Shown: positions 22,325 to 35,472, counted from the stretch's first letter. The stretch: 64,000 nt of DNA from an uncultured Nitrospinota bacterium (GCA_963707985.1 CAVPRW010000023.1:160001-224000); one strand, 5' to 3'. Translations and numbers: made by a program. The notes: generated by a model not told the origin, from the sequence alone.

Positions 22325-24679
22325 TTAGTCCGGTTGCCTCACATCATCCTGGCTACTGCGCCGTTCACGGGTTGCCGCCGCGATCTGTCCTAGGGCGATG
22401 CCGCCATCGTTTGGTGGGATGCGTTGATGCCAGTAGGGCGAAAAGTGTGCCTTTCTGAGTCGTTGGATGGCACGCTCGAGCAAATATCTGTTCTGAAAAC
22501 AGCCCCCTGTCAGGAGGACGCGCTCGTCGCCGACCCGCGCCGCCACGCTGACGATGGCCTCGACAAGGGCGTTATGAAATTTTGCTGCCATAAGCCCTAC
22601 CGCGGCCTGCTGTTGCATCTCCTCGACGATCGCCCGCACCATGGGTCCCCAGTCGAGCGTGCTAAGCGCATCGGTTGTCCCCCCTTCCACAAGCGGCAAC
22701 GGGTAGGCTTCATCCGTGTCGAACCCATCGAGCGCAAACTCGAGATCCATCGCCGCTTGGGCCTCGAAACTGCTCCGCAAACGTAGCCCGAGGATGCCAG
22801 CGATGGCGTCGAACAGGCGGCCGACGCTGGACGTCACAGGAGTATTGAGGTGGCGTTTCAACATGATTTGCACATTCGTCTGTTCCACGGGCGAGAATGC
22901 CTGCAGCACTGGAAGCGCACTCAGCGCAAATGTCGCCTCGCCAAAGATTTCGTGTAAGAGCCCAACTGCCATCCGTCTGGGCTCTCGAATCGCCTTTTCC
23001 CCTCCAGGCATAGGGAATGTCCGCAGATGGGCGACTCGCTGCCAGGAATCGGCGCTGACGCGCAAGAATTCTCCGCCCCAAATGGTCCCATCGAGCCCGT
23101 AGCCCGTGCCATCCCAGGCGACACCCAACACGGGACCCTCAAGCGCGTTCTCGGCCATGCAGGATAACACATGGGCGTAGTGGTGCTGCACGCGCACGAT
23201 CGGCAGGCCAGATCGTTGCGCCCATCGCGTGGACACAAAATCCGGATGGGCGTCACAGGCGACGGCCGTTGGCTGAAAATCATAGAGCCGCTCAAAGTTG
23301 GCGATCGTTTCGCACCACGCCTCCAATGCTTGGGGCGTGTCCAGGTCACCGACATGCTGGCTGACCAACACATCGCTGCCTATGGGCACGGCGATAGTGG
23401 TCTTCAGGTGTGCCCCCAGCGCCAGGGTCGAGGCCGACGTCGCGGTCAGATGGATAGCAAGCGGTGCATACCCACGCCCCCCGCGTAGCACCATCTCGCG
23501 ACCGAAGATGACGCGCACCACACTGTCATCTACCGACTGGGCGATGGGGCGATTGTGGACGAGAAAGACTCCAGCAATGCCATGCAAGCGAGCGAGGGCC
23601 TCAGCCTCATCGATGCACATAGGTTCATCCGAGATATTGCCACTGGTGGCTACCACCGGGGAGCCTAATGCGGCCATGAGGAGATGATGGAGCGGCGTGT
23701 AGGGTAGCATGATGCCCAGATATGGGTTATGCGGCGCGACGACAGGAGCAATCGCGTCTGCTGGCTGACCAGACCGGCGTCGTAGGAGGACGATCGGGGC
23801 TGCTGGAGAACACAGCAGGCGGGCCTCCTGCGCTGACACGACGCAGGCGGCCTGCACGGACGCCAACGTCGGATACATCAGGGCGAACGGCTTATCCGGG
23901 CGATGTTTGCTCTGACGCAGCCGCAGGATCGCGTCCTGCTGATGGGCATCGACGATTAAATGAACCCCCCCGAGACCCTTCACCGCCACGACCACGCCGC
24001 GGCGGATCGCCTCGACGGTGGCCCAGAAGGCCTCGTCGTGCGTCGCGAGCACCGTACCGTGCGGATCCCACAGCTCCAGGTGGGGGCCGCACGCAGGGCA
24101 GGCATTGGGTTGCGCATGGAAGCGTCGGTCCAGGGGCTCGTCGTACTCGGCTCGACAGTGTTCGCACATGACAAACGGCTGCATCGTGGTGTGGACGCGA
24201 TCGTAGGGCAGCGCTTGAATGATGCTGAAGCGAGGGCCGCAATCGGTGCAGTTGGTAAAGGGATAGCGATAACGCCGATCGCGTGGGTCGAAGATCTCAC
24301 GCCGACACCGGTCGCAGGTCGCGATATCCGGCAGGACCATGGCGGTCTTGTGGCCTTCGGTCTCGCTGTCACGTATGGCGAAGGTGGTATACCCGACGGG
24401 CGCGAGCCACTTCGTGTCGCAGTGCTGGATCTGTGACTGCGGCGGTAGCTCGCGTGGCAGGCGGACCAGGAACTGTTGGAGAGTTACCTGACTCCCCTCC
24501 GCCTCGATGATCACACCCTGCACTCCATTACTGACCCACCCCTTAAGCCCCAGCGCTTGCGCCAGGCGATACGTAAAGGGACGAAAGCCGACCCCCTGCA
24601 CCGTGCCGCGAATCGTCAGGCGCAGCCGTTGCAACGTTGCCTCATCCCCGAGAGCCTGAGGTGGAACCGCACCCAACAT
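22325..24679 (-). CDS. hypF: Carbamoyltransferase HypF
   Basis: GTVQGVGFRPF, two zinc fingers, QHHYAH, PPNDGGIALGQ. Confidence 0.95.
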   Translation of the reverse strand: MLGAVPPQALGDEATLQRLRLTIRGTVQGVGFRPFTYRLAQALGLKGWVSNGVQGVIIEAEGSQVTLQQFLVRLPRELPPQSQIQHCDTKWLAPVGYTTFAIRDSETEGHKTAMVLPDIATCDRCRREIFDPRDRRYRYPFTNCTDCGPRFSIIQALPYDRVHTTMQPFVMCEHCRAEYDEPLDRRFHAQPNACPACGPHLELWDPHGTVLATHDEAFWATVEAIRRGVVVAVKGLGGVHLIVDAHQQDAILRLRQSKHRPDKPFALMYPTLASVQAACVVSAQEARLLCSPAAPIVLLRRRSGQPADAIAPVVAPHNPYLGIMLPYTPLHHLLMAALGSPVVATSGNISDEPMCIDEAEALARLHGIAGVFLVHNRPIAQSVDDSVVRVIFGREMVLRGGRGYAPLAIHLTATSASTLALGAHLKTTIAVPIGSDVLVSQHVGDLDTPQALEAWCETIANFERLYDFQPTAVACDAHPDFVSTRWAQRSGLPIVRVQHHYAHVLSCMAENALEGPVLGVAWDGTGYGLDGTIWGGEFLRVSADSWQRVAHLRTFPMPGGEKAIREPRRMAVGLLHEIFGEATFALSALPVLQAFSPVEQTNVQIMLKRHLNTPVTSSVGRLFDAIAGILGLRLRSSFEAQAAMDLEFALDGFDTDEAYPLPLVEGGTTDALSTLDWGPMVRAIVEEMQQQAAVGLMAAKFHNALVEAIVSVAARVGDERVLLTGGCFQNRYLLERAIQRLRKAHFSPYWHQRIPPNDGGIALGQIAAATRERRSSQDDVRQPD

Positions 24680-24682
24680 CCG

Positions 24683-24946
24683 TCAGCCCTCCACCTCCAC
24701 ACGATCCAGCAGAATGTCTTGAGCATGCGGGTCGGACACGTCTGTGCCGATTTCGATCAGGACCCGAGCGCCATCGAGGGCTGTCCCTCGGCAAGCCTGC
24801 GCAAAATGTTCACGCAGGTGCTGCGCCGACACATGGGCAAGCGCACCCACCTTGATCGTCACGTCGATGATCTGAGCGGGATATTGTTCGCGTGCGATGG
24901 CGTCCAGTTTGCGCATGAGATCTGCCATCAGGGACAATTCGTGCAT
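24683..24946 (-). CDS. hypA: Short HypA nickel chaperone lacking the zinc finger
   Basis: MHELSL N-terminus, KVGALAHVS; 87 aa, no CxxC. Confidence 0.8.
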   Translation of the reverse strand: MHELSLMADLMRKLDAIAREQYPAQIIDVTIKVGALAHVSAQHLREHFAQACRGTALDGARVLIEIGTDVSDPHAQDILLDRVEVEG

Positions 24947-25391
24947 CGGACCTCCTGGAGGATGCGTTCGACGACTGCCGGAACGACCCGTTCTAGCTCC
25001 GGCGACAGCCCGACCCCGGCGTCCCAACTCCCGGCTTCGATGCCATATACGAGCACACGTGGGGGCAATTGCCTTAAGACCCTCGCCAGCTCGATGGCCT
25101 CAGCCACACCAAAGGCATGTGTCGAACCATGAAACCATGTCGTCGGGATCGGACCCGCCTGCGCATCAAAGCGGTGGATCGTCCCCGGCTGGGCCCCGGA
25201 AACAACGGCATCGATGACGATCACCGTGTCGGTTTTGTCCCACAATTCTATCAATGCGAACGTCTCCCGCGACTGTTCCACAACTCGTACTTGCGCCGGC
25301 GCCTGATCTTTGAGGAGCCGCGCCACCATCGGCCCCACCCCGTCATCGCCGCGAAAGAGATTACCGATGCCAATGACGACGATGGTGGCGG

Positions 25392-25395
<4 letters not shown>
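24928..25395 (-). CDS. Hydrogenase maturation endopeptidase
   Basis: [29 protein letters not shown]. Confidence 0.9.
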
Positions 25396-26670
<1,275 letters not shown>

Positions 26671-26681
<11 letters not shown>

Positions 26682-27451
26682 GGTCTTCACTCGCTTGCCG
26701 AAACGCCTCGGCGTTGGCATTGAAGCTACGAAAGGCACGCATGAGATCAGGCTTCGGGACCCCGAGACTGCCCCACCACTGGCTCAAGGATTGGGTATTG
26801 GGTGTTTCCTTAGGACCAAAGCAGCCATAGCAGCCCCGATTGTATGCCGGGCAGAGTGCACCACAACCGGCGTGCGTCACCGGCCCCAGACATGGTGTGC
26901 CATGGGCGACCATGACGCAGACCACGCCGCGTCGCTTGCATTCGATACAGACGCTGTGTGGCGGTGTATGCGGTTTGCGTCCGTGCAAAAACGCGCTGAT
27001 GACCTCCAGCAATTGATGTTTGTTGATAGGGCAGCCGTGCAATTCAAAATCGACGCGCACATGCGCGGCGATCGGCGTTGACGTCGCCAGCGTGTCGATA
27101 TATGCCGGCGTCGCGTACACGATGGCGACGAACTCTTGCACATCCTTGAAATTGCGCAACGCCTGGATGCCCCCGGAGGTGGCACACGCCCCGATAGTCA
27201 CCAGGAACTTCGAGGCTCGGCGCACGCTGTTGGATGCGCTCCGCATCATGAGGCGTGGTAATCGAGCCCTCGACCAGGGAGAGGTCGTATGGGCCCCTGA
27301 GTGTCGCACGCGAAGCCTCGACGAAGTAGGCGATCTCCACCTGGTCCGCCACCATCAATAGTTCATCTTCGCAGTCCAGCAGACTCAACTGGCAGCCATC
27401 GCAAGAGGCAAATTTCCAGACAGCCAGCTTCGGTTTGCGCCGTTTAGCCAT
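26671..27451 (-). CDS. Group 3b hydrogenase small (delta) subunit; frameshift near 27225
   Basis: [17 protein letters not shown], then [32 protein letters not shown]. Confidence 0.9.
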
Positions 27452-27452
27452 C

Positions 27453-28313
27453 TTACACCTCACGCTTGCCGAACCAGGGCTGAATTCGGTCATAGCGTAA
27501 CACGGGGCCATCCTTGCACATAAAGGTGGGTCCAAACTGGCAGTGCCCGCAAAACCCGACGGCGCATTGCATGTTGCGCTCCATCGACAGCCAGATATGC
27601 TCCGGCCCAACGCCGCGTTTCAGGAGCTCATGCACTGTGAAACGCATCATGATTTCAGGGCCACACATCATCACGGTGGTGCTCAATGGCTCGAACTCGA
27701 TTCTGGGGATGAGCCTAGTCACTACCCCCACATGGCCGGACCACTCGCCTATCGAGCTATCCACGGTGACCTGCACATCGAGGTCAAAGCGTCCACGCCA
27801 GCGTTCGAGCTCACGGCGATAGAGCAGGTCCTGAGGGGTCCGTGTCCCATAGAGCAGAACGATTTTGCCATACCGCTGGCGATTCGCCAGCAGAAAATAT
27901 ACCACCGGCCGCAACGGCGCCAAGCCGATCCCGCCGGCGACGATGATGACGTCGTTCCCTGACGCTTCCTCGACCGGCCAGCGGCTGCCAAACGGGCCAC
28001 GCACCCCCACGAAGTCGCCGCGTTTCAAAGCACGTATGGCCCTGGTCACCGTCCCAACCGCACGGATGGTGTACACCAGGAGGGGTGGGGCCACCCCATC
28101 GCCAGTGCGTGTCGGATCTCCACTGATGGAAATCGGGACCTCTCCCACGCCGAAGACGTACATCATCGTGAATTGGCCGGGAGCAAAGGAAACACCGCTA
28201 TTACCGGACATCGGTTCGAGGGTGATGGTGAACGTATCACGGGTTTCCCGCCGCATGCGACTGAGACGATAGGGTTGAGGGCACATGGGGTCTAGAGGAT
28301 GCGTAGCCATCAC
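27453..28313 (-). CDS. Group 3b hydrogenase gamma subunit (FAD/NAD(P)-binding, 2Fe-2S)
   Basis: [47 protein letters not shown]. Confidence 0.92.
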   Translation of the reverse strand: MMATHPLDPMCPQPYRLSRMRRETRDTFTITLEPMSGNSGVSFAPGQFTMMYVFGVGEVPISISGDPTRTGDGVAPPLLVYTIRAVGTVTRAIRALKRGDFVGVRGPFGSRWPVEEASGNDVIIVAGGIGLAPLRPVVYFLLANRQRYGKIVLLYGTRTPQDLLYRRELERWRGRFDLDVQVTVDSSIGEWSGHVGVVTRLIPRIEFEPLSTTVMMCGPEIMMRFTVHELLKRGVGPEHIWLSMERNMQCAVGFCGHCQFGPTFMCKDGPVLRYDRIQPWFGKREV

Positions 28314-28319
28314 ATAACC

Positions 28320-28787
28320 TCAGGAACGTATGCCATAGACGTCCAGGAGCTGTAACCGTGAGGCTTGTAGGCGATCGATAATCACCTGAGCGAACCGCTT
28401 GACCATCACATAACCCAAGCTATGGTCCTCATCGCATTTGGTGCGTAGGCATTTCCCATCTAACGCGATGGCGCGCGTCAGCTCAAGGGCACGGGCATCA
28501 AAGAGCCACCGGTAGGGCGGAAAGAGCCACGACCAGCCGAGGACCTCACCCGCTCCCAGGGTTTGAATGGTGAGCACCCCGCGCTCGGGGGCGAATAATT
28601 CTAATGCTACCTTACCCTGGCGGATAATGTAAAACTGGTTGGCCTCCTGGCCTTCACGGAAGATGTACGCCCCAGCGTCGAAGCGTACGTTGGACGCACA
28701 GCCGACGATGATGCCCAGATGACGGGGATCGAGGTCCTTCAGGAAAGGATGCTGTGCCAGGATAGGCTCAAGCGTTTGGGTTTGCAT
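28320..28787 (-). CDS. Stand-alone cyclic-nucleotide-binding (Crp-like) domain protein
   Basis: [31 protein letters not shown]; no HTH seen. Confidence 0.88.
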   Translation of the reverse strand: MQTQTLEPILAQHPFLKDLDPRHLGIIVGCASNVRFDAGAYIFREGQEANQFYIIRQGKVALELFAPERGVLTIQTLGAGEVLGWSWLFPPYRWLFDARALELTRAIALDGKCLRTKCDEDHSLGYVMVKRFAQVIIDRLQASRLQLLDVYGIRS

Positions 28788-29949
28788 GGGGTGTCCCCTT
28801 TGCGCTGGGGGTCGTTGCTCCATCGCTGTCTCGGATGGCACGAACCTCTTCGGTGATATCGATTGCCACCGGGCACCAGGTGATGCAACGCCCGCATCCG
28901 ACGCAGCCCGAGGTGCCGAACTGGTCAATCCAGGTGGCCAACTTGTGCGTCAGCCATTGTCGATAGCGTCCTTTCGGCGAGGAGCGGACGCTGCCGCCGT
29001 GGATGTAGGAGAAGTCGACGTTGAAGCATGAGTCCCACGTCCGCCAGCGCTCAGCATGCTCACCCGTCAGGTCGGTGACATCTTCGGTAGTCGTACAAAA
29101 ACAGGTTGGACACACCATCGTACAGTTGGCACAGGTCAGGCAGCGCGCCGCCACCTCCTCCCAGCGCGGATGCTCGTAGTTGCGGTACAGCAAGGGTTTG
29201 ATGTCGGTGGTATCGAGGGTACGCCCCATCTGGGTGGCAGTCTGCGCCACAATAGCTCCAGCGGCCTGTCGCGCCTCAGCCGTCGCTGGCTGGTGAGGGA
29301 TTTCCTGGAGTATCTCTGCACCTAATGGGGTACCCACTTCGACGACGAAATAATGCTGTTCGGCGTTCAGTACCTCCGTCACCGCCAGGTCAAACCCGAA
29401 CGTCGCCTGTGGCCCGGTCTTCATGGACACGCAAAAACAGGTTCCGCCGGCCTGTCCGCAGTTGACCGCGACGATAAACACCGCCTCACGTCTCCCCTGG
29501 TAGGTGGGATCGACGTACGATCCCTGCACGAAGACTTTATCCTGCACGGCGATGGCGTGCAGCTCGCACGAGCGCACGCCGATGAAGGCGAGTTTCGGTG
29601 GTGTCTCCCGCTCCGGCACGATCTGCACACTGCTCCCCTGGCGCTGCGCTTGCCAGAGCCGGACGGTCGGCGGCAGCAGGTACTTTTTCCACGAATGTGG
29701 GCCGACGGCATAGCCAAACAGCGCCTGATCAGGGCGCTTCTTCAGCCGATAGGTGCCACCATCCTGCTCGTCCGTCCAGCCTACGGGCAGATCAGCGGTC
29801 GTGTCCAGCTCGTCATAGACAATGGCGCCGTCGCCTATCGTGGGTCCAACCACCTGATAGCCCCGCTTGTGCAGGGCTGCAAGCAGTTCCTGAAGATGTG
29901 GGACTGCGATGACGGCGTGGTCTCCAATGGTTAGAGAAAGCTTTTCCAT
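28768..29949 (-). CDS. Group 3b hydrogenase beta subunit (4Fe-4S)
   Basis: [28 protein letters not shown]. Confidence 0.92.
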   Translation of the reverse strand: MEKLSLTIGDHAVIAVPHLQELLAALHKRGYQVVGPTIGDGAIVYDELDTTADLPVGWTDEQDGGTYRLKKRPDQALFGYAVGPHSWKKYLLPPTVRLWQAQRQGSSVQIVPERETPPKLAFIGVRSCELHAIAVQDKVFVQGSYVDPTYQGRREAVFIVAVNCGQAGGTCFCVSMKTGPQATFGFDLAVTEVLNAEQHYFVVEVGTPLGAEILQEIPHQPATAEARQAAGAIVAQTATQMGRTLDTTDIKPLLYRNYEHPRWEEVAARCLTCANCTMVCPTCFCTTTEDVTDLTGEHAERWRTWDSCFNVDFSYIHGGSVRSSPKGRYRQWLTHKLATWIDQFGTSGCVGCGRCITWCPVAIDITEEVRAIRDSDGATTPSAKGTPHANPNA

Positions 29950-30112
29950 CGAACCTCCATCACTCAGCATTACAAGCGATAATAGCGGTATTCCTGCTCT
30001 CTCCCGGCTCCTGGTCCGAGGTCAACGCTACCTGCCATGCAGCGGCACGGCATTCCGTCGCAACTGCAATGTTCAGGCTTCTCCTAATCCTTCCGCGCAT
30101 GCGTATCCGCGG

Positions 30113-30532
30113 TCATTTGACGAGTAACACGGGGCATTGTGAGAGAATACCGATTTTGTAGCTCAATGTCCCCCATCCTGCCCCGGGATTTTTGAGATCG
30201 ATACGATGCGAGCTGAGCACGATCAGATCAACTCCCATTTCCGTGGCATAGCGGACGATCTCCTCGGCGCGATTGCCAAAGATAATCTCTTCACGTTTCG
30301 GCACATGCCTTTCTTCCAGTCGGCGTCCAAACCGGGTGAGATGATCCCGCGCGGCAGTCTCGATACGCTCATAAAAGTCCCGCTCCTCCTCGACCCACAA
30401 ACCTGGGATGACCTCCACCACATGCAACAGGATGACTTGGCCATCGTTTTCACTCGCCAGATTCGCAGCGATTTCGATGGCTTGCTGGTGGGTATCCGAC
30501 AAATCTACTGGCACAAGGATCTTCTGGAACAC
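30113..30532 (-). CDS. Universal stress protein
   Basis: FQKILVPVDLS, GNRAEEIVRYA..GVDLIVLSSH, CPVLLVK. Confidence 0.9.
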   Translation of the reverse strand: MFQKILVPVDLSDTHQQAIEIAANLASENDGQVILLHVVEVIPGLWVEEERDFYERIETAARDHLTRFGRRLEERHVPKREEIIFGNRAEEIVRYATEMGVDLIVLSSHRIDLKNPGAGWGTLSYKIGILSQCPVLLVK

Positions 30533-30852
30533 CGGCGTCCTCTCTTTCTTCGTCGATCGTCGATCATGGTTGTTCGACCCCACACACGATCTTGCAGGAA
30601 CAGAGCAAGGGCCGTGCCTGAAAGGCCGTGGCAGGCATCCATGGATGGCCTGCAGGGGAGCCACCGCCGAGTTGCTTCATGCAGTTGTAGGATTCAGAGT
30701 TGGGACATTCTGTCACAAAGCAGGTCATTGTGTCTCGCATCCATGTTGGCGTCGAGAGGCAGGATCAACCTCCACCAGAAGTGTCAATGAGGCTCAAGTC
30801 CTCGCCCACTGCCGGGTGACAGACGAGGTTCACCAAGGAAAGGTAGGGGATT

Positions 30853-32223
30853 CTACAACGTGGGCCTGACGACCGTGCGGCGGTCCACAGCGTCGGTCAA
30901 CTCGTGCAGAGCCAGGGCAATGGAGACCACGTAGGGACTTTCTACCTGAAGCTGCCGTAGATGGTCCGGTAGACAAGCCAGTTGGGATGCGGCGTATTGT
31001 CGGACCTCGGACAACGGGGGCGACGGATGCAGGCGTTGGCCAGCGCGCATGACGACCTGGAGCAAAGGCTCGCCCGGCTGCGGATCATCTTCGATAGTCA
31101 GGATATCGCCAGCCATGCGTCGGTCAGGACCCAGTTGGCGGAACACCTGCTTACGACCGGGCCAGGTGGCTTTCCCCGTTGAGAGTTTGCGGCGCGCCCG
31201 CCCGGCATACTCTTGCAGTTTGTAGACACAGTCGAGGTATGGCACGTCAACCGAGGTGTCCAAACGTGTCCCAATGGCGAAATCATCGATGGGAGCCCCC
31301 GCCTCCACCAGGGTTCGTACCGCCTCCTCATCGAGGTTACTGCTAACCAGGATACGCACCTCCTCAAGCCCTCCGGCATCGAGAATGCCGCGGACTTTGT
31401 AGGAGAGATCCGCCAAATCCCCGCTGTCGAGGCGTACCCCCTTGATGCGAATGCCCTTCTGGCGCAGGCGAGGGGCGAGGGCAACGACTTTCTCAGCAGC
31501 GGCTTCCGTATCATAGGTATCGATCAGGAGGACGACATTTTCCGGCTGGGCATACGCAAAATGCTCGAACGCTTCTGCTTCAGCATCATGCGCCTGGACC
31601 AACGAATGCGCCATGGTGCCATATAACGGTACGCCATAGAGGAATCCCGCGAGCACTGTTGCCGAGCCGGCAAACCCCGCCAGGTAGCTGGCACGGGCGG
31701 CCAGTAGCCCTGCTTCGGCACCATGCGCGCGGCGTAGTCCAAAATCAATCAAGCCCTTGCCGCGGGCGACCAGGACTGCGCGTGCCGCTTTCGAGGCGAT
31801 CAACGTCTGGAAATGCAGCAGATTGATTAGGCGCGTTTCTACGAGCTGCGCTTGTGGGATGGGGGCGGTCACGCGGATGATGGGTTCTGCCGCAAAGAAA
31901 ATCGTCCCCTCCGGCATGGCATGGACATCTCCGGTGAACCGGAGGCGCTCCAAGTAATCGATGAAATCCCGACTGAAGCGCCCACTCTGGGCTAGCCATT
32001 CCAGCTCCCGGGAGGTGAAGTGCAGATGCTCCAGACAATCCAACACTTGCTCAAGGCCCGCCGCCATGAGAAAGCTCCGCATGGGTGGCAGCCTGCGGGA
32101 GAATAATTCGAAGACCGCGGTGTCCTCCATGCCTTGATCGAAATAGGTTTGCAGCATCGTCAGCTGATAGAGGTCCGTCAAGAGCGCGCTCGCACCGGGA
32201 TTGATCGCATATGCTTCGTTCAT
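30853..32223 (-). CDS. pncB: Nicotinate phosphoribosyltransferase
   Basis: LLTDLYQLTM, DFGLRRAHG, GTMAHS, LIDTYD, GVRLDSGD. Confidence 0.93.
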   Translation of the reverse strand: MNEAYAINPGASALLTDLYQLTMLQTYFDQGMEDTAVFELFSRRLPPMRSFLMAAGLEQVLDCLEHLHFTSRELEWLAQSGRFSRDFIDYLERLRFTGDVHAMPEGTIFFAAEPIIRVTAPIPQAQLVETRLINLLHFQTLIASKAARAVLVARGKGLIDFGLRRAHGAEAGLLAARASYLAGFAGSATVLAGFLYGVPLYGTMAHSLVQAHDAEAEAFEHFAYAQPENVVLLIDTYDTEAAAEKVVALAPRLRQKGIRIKGVRLDSGDLADLSYKVRGILDAGGLEEVRILVSSNLDEEAVRTLVEAGAPIDDFAIGTRLDTSVDVPYLDCVYKLQEYAGRARRKLSTGKATWPGRKQVFRQLGPDRRMAGDILTIEDDPQPGEPLLQVVMRAGQRLHPSPPLSEVRQYAASQLACLPDHLRQLQVESPYVVSIALALHELTDAVDRRTVVRPTL

Positions 32224-32649
32224 ATCAGAATCTCCTCTCCCAGCACCGGGGCCTCATATCGACGGCAAACCGGCGTCTCCAGACCGGGAAGCACCTCGGT
32301 GGTCACGAATGGGATGGCAAGCGGATCGAAATGGGCACCGAGGCGCTCAGGCGCACTCTCTCAACACTGCGTCATCACGGGGTGTCTCCACCCTTCAGGC
32401 AGCAGGATGCCTGCAATCTAATGGGCTATCCGATCCATGTCAACACCTTTGGTCGTCTACAGTCCTTCCTGGAGAGCGTCTGTACTCTATTCACATCACT
32501 TGCTCACCCCCAACATACATCACTCAAGTGGTGCGCCTCGAAAAAAGGCTTTGAGCAGGCGCGGTTTTCGACAGACTCGTGCCACCACATCCCGGAGTTC
32601 GGCACGCAGATGTGTGAGATTGAAGCAACACAAGTTGCGCAGCTCGACA

Positions 32650-32982
32650 TGCCAGAGCGTTGGCTCGGCGAACAGAACCCTACCACATACACCTGGTTTG
32701 ATGACCCGGTGTATGTGAAGGATGTCCGGCTCATGGCTGAACTACGCCGGTGTACCTCCAGACCGGTCCTTCGGCTGGTCCCAGGGGCCCGCCGAATCCC
32801 TCGGCCAACTCCTGGATAGACGCTGACGGGGAGATGATCTTGTCCAGCTCCGGAGCCCATGGCTCGATCCGCTTTGACGATTGGGAGAATACGCGTCAGA
32901 CACCACCAGACAGCGCAAGCCCTCCTATGGCAACAGCCATGCCCAACACGTGTCGGCGTGAGATACCGCTCTGAGCATTCAT
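32650..32982 (-). pseudogene. Tat-signal SMP-30/gluconolactonase-like gene fragment
   Basis: MNAQSGISRRHVLG leader; LDKIISPSASIQELAEGFGGPLGPAEGPVW in another frame. Confidence 0.55.
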
Positions 32983-33236
32983 GGTGACCCCTTTCGAGAA
33001 ATGTGTTGCGCCCCTCCCTCTCCTCTAGGGCAGCATGGCAGGATCCGTGGAGAGGAATTCTAAAGCAGGTCTGCCTCGGTGTCTACCCATAGGCCTGGGC
33101 GTGGTCGTGTGCCGCTCGATCTCCACTATTGTTTCAGCCGCTTGCTCGCGCTATGATACGCCATCCCATACGGAGCCGCAGGACTCCAAGGGTAAACGAA
33201 CTGATCCCAGCGCCACCTCGTTGGAGGGTAACGAGC

Positions 33237-34352
33237 ATGCTCGACCGTTTCAAAGTGCCACCAGCAGACCAGGTCCGCGTCTCAGAAGCGGCGTTACGTC
33301 GGACAGTTGCCGACATTTTTGAGCAGATGCACCTCACACCTGAAGACGCGGCGCTTGGCGCGGACGTCCTGGTCACGACAGACCTGCGGGGGGTGGAGAG
33401 CCACGGCGTATCTAACATGTTGCGGTCCTATGTGCAGAGCTATCAGAGAGACGCCATCAATCCCCGGCCGCAGTGGCGTATCGTGCGGGAGTCGCCCAGC
33501 ACCGCGACGATCGATGGCGATGGTGGCCTCGGCATCATCCTCGGTCCGAAGGCCATGCAGATCGCGATCGATAAAGCCAGGACAGCTGGCGTGGGCATCG
33601 TCACCATGTTCAACGGGCGTCACCTGGGAGCCGCAGGCTACCACGCCATGCTCGCGGCGCAGGCAGATATGGTGGGGATGTGTATGACCGCCACGCAGCC
33701 CAGCGTGGTCCCGACCTTCGGCGCCGAAGCGCGCTTTGGCACCAATCCGATCGCCATCGCCGCGCCAGCGAACACGCAGCCACCGTTCTTGTTTGACGCC
33801 GCGACCAGTTCGATTGCCGCCAACAAGGTGCAGCTGGCCGCCCGCGTGGGCTCGAATCTGTTACCGGGCTGGGTGACGGACAAAGAGGGCCATCCGATTA
33901 TGACCGAGACCCCACCAGGCGCGGTACGCGGCGACTATCTGTTGTTGCCGTTGGGGGCCACCCGAGAACTGGGATCGCATAAGGGCTATGGCCTGGCGCT
34001 CATGGTCGAAACCCTCGCCACCCTCTTGTCAGGGACCTTGCCGTTTGGGCTCGATCGGAGCACGGGCTATAAGCACTTCTTTGCGGCCTACAACATCGCG
34101 GCGTTCACGGATGTCGACGTCTTCAAGGCGAATATGGACGAGACGCTGACCTGGTTCCGGGAGACCAGGCCCGTTCCAGGGCAGCCACGCGTCCTGTACC
34201 CGGGACTCCTGGAATACGAAGAAGCCGAAGAGCGACGGGCGCATGGGATCCCCCTCCACGCAGAGGTGATACAGTGGTTTGGGCATATCACCCAGGAATT
34301 GGGCCTCCCGGCCCTGGTCACGCTCGAGCAGGCCGCCGACACACGAGGGTGA
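33237..34352 (+). CDS. Ldh_2-family (malate/L-lactate/ureidoglycolate-type) oxidoreductase
   Basis: DLRGVESHGV, RHLGAAGY, FGTNPIA, GSHKGYGL. Confidence 0.92.
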   Translation: MLDRFKVPPADQVRVSEAALRRTVADIFEQMHLTPEDAALGADVLVTTDLRGVESHGVSNMLRSYVQSYQRDAINPRPQWRIVRESPSTATIDGDGGLGIILGPKAMQIAIDKARTAGVGIVTMFNGRHLGAAGYHAMLAAQADMVGMCMTATQPSVVPTFGAEARFGTNPIAIAAPANTQPPFLFDAATSSIAANKVQLAARVGSNLLPGWVTDKEGHPIMTETPPGAVRGDYLLLPLGATRELGSHKGYGLALMVETLATLLSGTLPFGLDRSTGYKHFFAAYNIAAFTDVDVFKANMDETLTWFRETRPVPGQPRVLYPGLLEYEEAEERRAHGIPLHAEVIQWFGHITQELGLPALVTLEQAADTRG

Positions 34353-34401
34353 CCACCCAACGCCCCCAGAACCCCTTGGCTCAGACGTGAGGTGTGCAGC
34401 G

Positions 34402-35256
34402 ATGACCGCAGCCGAGCAGTATGCAGCGAATGTGGACGCCGTAAATGCGCAACGCGCCCGCCTCCATGGAGAGCAGCTCCCGGACGACCGCTGGGGGAGT
34501 GAGACGGCGCAACGCTACCGCTATGACCCTCATCGCCGCCTCGATGCCAACCTGGAGGTCATTGCGTCTTACGTGCGACCGGAGGACGTGTTGGTCGATG
34601 TGGGTGGAGGGGCCGGTCGCGTCTCGCTCCCCCTGGCCCTGCGCTGCCGAGAGGTGGTCAACGTGGATGCCTCTGCAGGCATGCTGGCAGCGTTTGAGGC
34701 ATTAGCTGCCGGGGCAGGCATTCAGAATGCGCGTGCGGTGAAGAGCGACTGGCTGGCAGCAGAGGGCATCCAGGGGGATGTTACCCTGGTGTCCAGCGTG
34801 ACCTACTTCGTGCGAGATATCGTACCCTTCGTGCGGAAACTGGAGGCCGCCTCCCGCAGGCGGGTGATCATCCTGGTCTGGAGTGAGCCGCCACCCAACT
34901 TGCGGAGCAGGCCCTTTCGCCTGGTCTACGGAGAAGAACTGGCGCCATTACCTGGACATCGGGCGCTGCTGCCGGTCTTGTGGGAGATGGGCATTTTGCC
35001 CGATGTCCGTGTGCTCCCGAGGCCGCCCACACCGGCGGGCTTGCCTCCACATGTCAGGTATCCCCAGACGTACGAAGAGGCGATGGCGTATACCCTGATG
35101 GGACAGTGGCTTGCCCCCGGAGACCGTGAGCGCGCCCGAGAGGTCATGGAAGCACACTTCCAGGAGCTTTTTGAGCGAACTTCCGAGGGGTTCCGTCCTC
35201 TCTGGCAGATAGACACGCGTGAACTCCTGATCACCTGGGAGCCACACCCACGGTAG
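34402..35256 (+). CDS. Class I SAM-dependent methyltransferase
   Basis: VLVDVGGGAGR, VNVDASAGML. Confidence 0.85.
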   Translation: MTAAEQYAANVDAVNAQRARLHGEQLPDDRWGSETAQRYRYDPHRRLDANLEVIASYVRPEDVLVDVGGGAGRVSLPLALRCREVVNVDASAGMLAAFEALAAGAGIQNARAVKSDWLAAEGIQGDVTLVSSVTYFVRDIVPFVRKLEAASRRRVIILVWSEPPPNLRSRPFRLVYGEELAPLPGHRALLPVLWEMGILPDVRVLPRPPTPAGLPPHVRYPQTYEEAMAYTLMGQWLAPGDRERAREVMEAHFQELFERTSEGFRPLWQIDTRELLITWEPHPR

Positions 35257-35293
35257 TGGATCGATGGCAAGAGGTGACGGCCGGACGAACAAA

Positions 35294-35472
35294 CAACGGC
35301 GTTGTCAACTTAACGATTCCATCTGCAAGACGGGGTTGTCGAGTGGGACGCTGAGCACATTTCGGGGCCATTGTATGACCCGAAGTGGAATGTCTGCGCT
35401 TTATAAGCGCCCTACATACCCTCGAAGTGGGAGAGGTTTTACCGCTCACCAATTCAGTTGACAATGCCCTCG
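35294..35472. mobile_element. ~180-bp IS4-like MITE
   Basis: CAACGGCGTTGTCAACT and AGTTGACAATGCCCTCG inverted ends (14/17). Confidence 0.55.
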
